Assembly (NCBI GenBank): GCA_035249485.1
Contig: DATFGK010000105.1
Coordinates: 1-41,485, forward strand
Source of the DNA: Actinomycetota bacterium
GTDB taxonomy: Bacteria > Actinomycetota > AC-67
Direction: 5' to 3'
DNA length: 41,485 nt
Positions 37,362 through 41,485 of the stretch are shown here, in pieces. The notes below the pieces were generated by a model. The model was not told where the DNA came from and did no database searches. It worked only from the letters and a program-made list of their open reading frames with translations. The stretch's first letter is position 1. Each line of letters opens with the position of its first letter. The translations under genes and the position numbers were made by a program.

Positions 37362-38537
37362 GTGAAGCGCGCAATTCTCATCGCCGTTACGGCCACGCTC
37401 TTCGCGGGACTCTTTTCGCTCCCGGCCCACGCCGCCGCGTGCACCAACGACAACTTCGCCGACGCGACGCTCATCAACACCCTCGATCATTCCGACCAGT
37501 GCGACAGTTCCGCCGCGACGACGGAGACCGGTGAACCGATGACGAGCTGCGCCGTCGGCAAGAATGTCGGCAAGACGACGTGGTGGAAGTACACACCCGA
37601 CGGGTCCTCGGCCCGGCCGCTGCACATCAAGGTCAACACCTACGCCAGTCCCTTCAACACGCTGATCGCCTTGTGGCGGCAGGACGGCAGCGGCTTCGCC
37701 GGCTTGACGCCGGTTGCCTGCAACGACCAGCTTGGGATCCACAAGACCTCTCGAGTCACGCAGGCGCTCACCATCGGGAAGACGTACTACATCCAGGCCG
37801 GCGGCGTGAGTCAGGCCGGGGGCACATTGAACCTCCGAGTGAAGCCCCGCATCTGGCACGTGGGCGTCGTCCGCGGTGACGACTGGTACGTCAACCGTGG
37901 CCACGACGGGCTCGCGGAATACCACTTCGTCTATGGGAAGAGCACGGACCAGTTCCTCGCCGGCGACATCATCGGCCACGGCGTTCACACGCCGTGGGTG
38001 CGTCGCGGCAACCTGTTCATCCTCAACGATTGGTTCGACAGCGGCTTCGTAAAGCAGTTCTCATACGGCAACTCGACGGACAAGGCGCTCGTCGGTGACT
38101 GGAACGGCGATGAGGTCATGACACCGGTGGTCCGCCGTGGCGGCACCTGGTACTTCAACAACGGTTACGACGGCTCGCACGAGTTGAGCATCGCGTACGG
38201 CAACTCGAGCGACGTGCCTCTGGTCGGGGACTGGAACGGCGACGGGATCTGGACGCCCGGCGTGCGGCGAGGGAACATCTTCTACCTCAACAACGGGTTC
38301 GACGGCGCCCACGACATCGCGGCCTTCGCGTACGGCATGACGTCGGACGTGGTGGTCGTGGGCGACTGGAACGCCGACGGCAAGATGACGCCCGGAGTCG
38401 TGCGCGGCAGCGGCTGGTACCTAAGCAACGGCTTCACCGGGGTGCAGGACATCCCGTCATTCGCGTACGGGAATTCGACCGACAAGAAGATCGTCGGAGA
38501 CTGGAACGGCATCGTCGAATCGGACGGTGCCGGCTGA
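37362..38537 (+). CDS. Secreted protein: N-terminal beta-sandwich domain (NDNFADA...TETGEP...WWKYTP...FNTLIALW...CNDQ...TYYIQAGG) plus five FG-GAP-like repeats
   Basis: Signal peptide KRAILIAVTATLFAGLFSLPAHAAA with a GTG start after GGGGG. The C-terminal 227 aa carry the same repeat family as 24637-28510. Confidence 0.8.
   Translation: MKRAILIAVTATLFAGLFSLPAHAAACTNDNFADATLINTLDHSDQCDSSAATTETGEPMTSCAVGKNVGKTTWWKYTPDGSSARPLHIKVNTYASPFNTLIALWRQDGSGFAGLTPVACNDQLGIHKTSRVTQALTIGKTYYIQAGGVSQAGGTLNLRVKPRIWHVGVVRGDDWYVNRGHDGLAEYHFVYGKSTDQFLAGDIIGHGVHTPWVRRGNLFILNDWFDSGFVKQFSYGNSTDKALVGDWNGDEVMTPVVRRGGTWYFNNGYDGSHELSIAYGNSSDVPLVGDWNGDGIWTPGVRRGNIFYLNNGFDGAHDIAAFAYGMTSDVVVVGDWNADGKMTPGVVRGSGWYLSNGFTGVQDIPSFAYGNSTDKKIVGDWNGIVESDGAG
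37854..38534 (+). repeat. Five tandem ~44-aa coding repeats of the GDWNGDG/RRGNxFYLNN/YGNSxD family
   Basis: VGVVRGDDWYVNRGHDG...YGKSTDQFLAGDIIGHG... recurs five times and ends with an orphan GDWNG motif. Confidence 0.8.
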
Positions 38538-38582
38538 CGCCGCCGGAACGACGGGGGCCACCGAAGACCTCGACCTCCGTCG

Positions 38583-39368
38583 CTATCGTCCCGAGAACGT
38601 CGCCTTGCCGGGACCGCTCTCGAGGAACGAGTGCATCCCCGTCTTCTGATCCTCCGTCGAGAACAGATTCACGAACAGCTCGCGCTCGATCAGAAGGCCG
38701 TTCTGAAGATCGGTCTGCAGTCCCCGATTGATCGCGATCTTCGCCGCGCGCAGTGCGACCGTCGGCCCCCTCGCGTACCGGGCCGCGATCTCGACGGCCT
38801 TTCCGTAGGTCTGGTCCTGAGGCACGACGACATCGACGAGTCCGAGATCGAGCGCCTCGACGCATTCGATGAACCGCCCCGAGAAGATGATGTCCTTCGC
38901 CTTCGCCGGGCCGACCAGGCGCGGCAGACGCTGCGTACCGCCGGCGCCGGGGATGATCCCGAGCAGGATCTCCGGCTGACCGACCTTGGCGTTGTCGGCC
39001 ATGACCCGGAAGTCGCACGCGAGCGACAGCTCGCACCCGCCGCCGAGCGCGAAGCCGGTGATCGCCGCGATGACCACCTTGGGGATCTCCTCGACCTGCG
39101 TGAAGACGGCCTGCAGACCGCCCATCCGGTCCATCATGTCGATCGGAGAGGCTTCGGCCATCTGCTTGATGTCCGCGCCGGCCGCGAAGATCTTGTCGCC
39201 CCCGAAAACGACGACGGCTCTCACGCGGTCGTCGGTGGCCGCCTCGCGGGCGGCAACCTCGAGCTCCGAGACGACCTGATCGTTGATCGCGTTCATCGGC
39301 GGCCGGTCGAGCCGGATCGTGCCGACACCGTTCGACTCGTCGACGAGGAGGTTGACGAACTCACCCAC
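38583..39368 (-). CDS. Enoyl-CoA hydratase/isomerase (crotonase family)
   Basis: 261 aa, GVGTIRLDRPPMNAIN...VVVFGGDKIFAAGADIKQM...AAITGFALGGGCELSLACD is the crotonase oxyanion-hole signature. GTG start. Confidence 0.9.
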   Translation of the reverse strand: MGEFVNLLVDESNGVGTIRLDRPPMNAINDQVVSELEVAAREAATDDRVRAVVVFGGDKIFAAGADIKQMAEASPIDMMDRMGGLQAVFTQVEEIPKVVIAAITGFALGGGCELSLACDFRVMADNAKVGQPEILLGIIPGAGGTQRLPRLVGPAKAKDIIFSGRFIECVEALDLGLVDVVVPQDQTYGKAVEIAARYARGPTVALRAAKIAINRGLQTDLQNGLLIERELFVNLFSTEDQKTGMHSFLESGPGKATFSGR

Positions 39369-39407
39369 GGCGCACCTCGCTTGGTCTCGAGAAAGCGCCG
39401 GATTCTA

Positions 39408-39896
39408 TCAAGCGCGCGCCGCGAGCCAGTCCTCGAACTCGCGTACCAGCGACTCGCCGCCGCGCGGCGGCTCCTTCGGATCGAGCCACGAGCGGCGCTT
39501 GGCATCGTCCTCGAGCACGACCCACTCGTAGCCGTACGTCCGGGGCCCCGCCCAGAACGGCGCGGGGAGCCAGCGTTCCTGGACGAGCTCGGCGACCGCC
39601 GCGTAGCCGACGCGCGGCCGCCCGGCCCAGAACTCTTCCACGTCATGCAGCGGCGAGCCTCTCGTCCGCGCCCGAACCTCGTCGACGCCGAAGTACTCGC
39701 CGATCCACGAGATCTTGACCGCGGCTCTCGCCACGAACAGCCCGCCGTGGAGCTGGACGTGGACGACGTCGGACTCGAACGCCCCTGACTTGTGCGCCGG
39801 GCCTTTGCGGTCGCGGGTCTCGACGGCGTATCCGAGGCGCGGTCCCGCCTCCGAGCCCGTCAGGTGCTCGAGCCTGCGGATGACGACGTGATCCAC
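39408..39896 (-). CDS. Hypothetical cytoplasmic protein
   Basis: 162-aa ORF with high GC3. The GTG start is 3 nt after the upstream stop. I recognise no motif. Confidence 0.5.
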   Translation of the reverse strand: MDHVVIRRLEHLTGSEAGPRLGYAVETRDRKGPAHKSGAFESDVVHVQLHGGLFVARAAVKISWIGEYFGVDEVRARTRGSPLHDVEEFWAGRPRVGYAAVAELVQERWLPAPFWAGPRTYGYEWVVLEDDAKRRSWLDPKEPPRGGESLVREFEDWLAARA

Positions 39897-39899
39897 GAC

Positions 39900-40403
39900 T
39901 CAGGAGGCTACCGCGACCGAGCCCACTTCCACCTCGTCGAGCACGAACACGAGTCGCTCGGCGCGCCGGACGGCCTGGATGTCGAGCGCGAGGAACGACT
40001 CGAGCCCGCCGATGGCCGCGGCGCAGAACTCGGCGGGCGGCGGCGCCGACTCGGCTTCGACCGTGATGACGGTTCCCTTCACCGTGATCCGCGTCGTGCG
40101 CACCGTGTGCCCGAGGCACCCCTCGACCTTCCACCAGGCCGCGAGCCCGGCCTCGCTGGCGAGCAACGGCGGCAGCGCGTCGGCGGCGCCCGGCTGGCAG
40201 TCGTTCTGACGATCCCAGACGTCCTGCCACTGCGCGGCGCTGAGCGCGAGGGCGAACTCCGGGCCTTGGACGCACAGGCTCGCGTTCTGACGCTCGGAGA
40301 TGCGGCGGAACCCGACGTCGACCGGGCCGCCGAACGGAAGGATCGCGTCGTCGCCGCACGCGCTCATCAAGACCAGCACAGACGCGACGATCGCCTTCCT
40401 CAT
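39900..40403 (-). CDS. Probable lipoprotein
   Basis: MRKAIVASVLVLMSACGDD has a signal peptide and a lipobox-like MSAC, 167 aa, with four further Cys. The ORF-track N-terminal extension is rejected. Confidence 0.6.
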   Translation of the reverse strand: MRKAIVASVLVLMSACGDDAILPFGGPVDVGFRRISERQNASLCVQGPEFALALSAAQWQDVWDRQNDCQPGAADALPPLLASEAGLAAWWKVEGCLGHTVRTTRITVKGTVITVEAESAPPPAEFCAAAIGGLESFLALDIQAVRRAERLVFVLDEVEVGSVAVAS

Positions 40404-40457
40404 GCCGTTCCAGACGCTAGCCGACCGGCGCGAGCCTCGCCCGATAGGATTCGCTTC

Positions 40458-40949
40458 GTGAAGCTTCCGGGACGACTCGGTAACCGCCGTCGCATCGACG
40501 AAGCCGGCGAGCTCCGCCGCACGGGCGACGCCGCCGGCGCCGTCGAGCTGCTCGCGCCCGTGCTGATGGCGGACTCGGAGAATCCTGCCGCCAACGTCGA
40601 GATGGCCCGGGCGCTGCACGTGCTCGGCGACCTCGACGGCGCCGAGGAACACTACCGACGCGCGATCCGCGAGGAGCTGGAGTACGCGCTCGTGGTCGAG
40701 CTCGCCGGCGTCGTCGGCGCGGCCGGGCGGATCCCGGAAGCCGAGGAGCTGCTCGGCGCGGCGCTGCAGATGACGCAGATCGAGGAGGGACTCGACCCCG
40801 GCGAGGCGCTGCTCGTGAGCGCGACGCTCGCCGCCGGCCAGGGGAGGACCGACGACGCGCGCGCGATCCTGGACGAGATCGAGGCGGGGTCGCCGGGCCC
40901 GGCCGTGCGCGAATACGCGACCCGGCTCCGCAAACAGATCTCACGCTAG
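40458..40949 (+). CDS. Small TPR-like helical-repeat protein
   Basis: VKLPGRLGN...GDAAGAVELLAPVL...ARALHVLGDLDGAEEHYRRAI...GRTDDARAILDEI are TPR-like Ala/Leu helices. GTG at 40458 was chosen because upstream in-frame sequence overlaps the divergent lipoprotein gene. Confidence 0.45.
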   Translation: MKLPGRLGNRRRIDEAGELRRTGDAAGAVELLAPVLMADSENPAANVEMARALHVLGDLDGAEEHYRRAIREELEYALVVELAGVVGAAGRIPEAEELLGAALQMTQIEEGLDPGEALLVSATLAAGQGRTDDARAILDEIEAGSPGPAVREYATRLRKQISR

Positions 40950-40961
40950 TACTTCGACGAG

Positions 40962-41453
40962 ATGCCCGACTCCCGACCCGGCGTCACGCTCCTTGCGATA
41001 GACGCGTCGACCAGCGGCGAAACTGCCGTCCCGCTGGGCGGCACGCCTCCCTACGGGGCCTACCGGAGCGGTGGTTGGATGGGGGCCATCCCACGGCTCA
41101 TGCAGCGGATCTCGTTCACGCTTTGGTACCGAACGTACGTGATCGACCTCGATGGGGATGCCGTGACCGTTTACCGTGCCACCCGCCGGCAGGGTCGTCG
41201 CGGAAGGGTCGTCCGAAGCGCTCCGAGAGCGCGAGTGGTGGTCAGCTCTTACGTGGAGGAGCCGGACGACACGATCCCAAAAAACCGGTTCGAGGCCGCG
41301 ATCGAGCGCGTGCTCTTCGGTACCGACTACTTCCTGGGCGACGTCGAAATGGCACTGTCATTCCCGGAAGGTGCGGAGTTACGTGTCACAGTCCCGGGGC
41401 ATCAGCGCGACCGCGCACGCGCCGTCCGTGACGGGCTCGATCAAGGCGCTTGA
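40962..41453 (+). CDS. Hypothetical protein
   Basis: 163-aa ORF starting at an ATG 12 nt after the preceding stop. I recognise no family. Confidence 0.45.
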   Translation: MPDSRPGVTLLAIDASTSGETAVPLGGTPPYGAYRSGGWMGAIPRLMQRISFTLWYRTYVIDLDGDAVTVYRATRRQGRRGRVVRSAPRARVVVSSYVEEPDDTIPKNRFEAAIERVLFGTDYFLGDVEMALSFPEGAELRVTVPGHQRDRARAVRDGLDQGA

Positions 41454-41485
41454 TCCTCAAGCCACCGGCGAGAGCGCGAGACCGA

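Noticed and set aside
38538-38582. Possible bidirectional terminator in the 45-nt gap between the convergent repeat-protein and enoyl-CoA hydratase genes.
   Set aside because: Only weak, imperfect complementarity (ccgccgg...ccgtcg), with no clear stem and T-tract on either strand.

Overview
This is a visibly high-GC, actinobacterial-type chromosomal segment. It is almost entirely coding (about 45 genes), and most genes sit in minus-strand operons joined by 1-4 nt start/stop overlaps (GTGA, ATGA, TAGTG). I found no rRNA, tRNA, CRISPR array, transposase or integrase.

Left third:
- A partial TPR regulator.
- serA, translationally coupled to a class-V aminotransferase.
- An FAD-linked oxidase and an SRPBCC protein.
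- ilvB-ilvN-ilvC, preceded by an isochorismatase-like gene and by what looks like a leader-peptide attenuator (15-codon ORF ending VLVVI, plus an intrinsic terminator).
- A YtrA-type GntR/membrane-protein pair with a palindromic operator.
- A methyltransferase and ilvD.

Middle: a roughly 13 kb co-directional array.
- A secreted Ig-like protein and a PGRP-type amidase.
- iscS and mnmA.
- A small ORF coupled to ligA.
- gatC, gatA, two small paralogous membrane proteins, then gatB.
- A Zn-ribbon ORF and a membrane protein.

Right third: a polysaccharide locus that resembles the mycobacterial methylglucose-lipopolysaccharide genes.
- Shared with that locus: methyltransferase, GH57 branching enzyme, GT4 glucosyltransferase, hexapeptide acyltransferase and a second methyltransferase.
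- Extra here: a carbohydrate-type sulfotransferase, a divergent PaaK/CapK-like adenylate-forming enzyme with a degenerate P-loop, and an antisense HExxH protein.
- The locus is bracketed by three secreted proteins that share a C-terminal module of five ~44-aa GDW[DN]GDG...RGNxWYL...YGN repeats behind different N-terminal heads.

From memory, the overall gene order parallels M. tuberculosis Rv2996c-Rv3039c. The elements outside that synteny are the most interesting parts:
- the repeat-module proteins;
- the sulfotransferase;
- the PaaK-like gene;
- the gatA/gatB inserts;
- the isochorismatase-like first cistron.

The ORF track writes alternative start codons as M. Several starts below were re-placed using RBS, overlap and homology logic, and they remain predictions.
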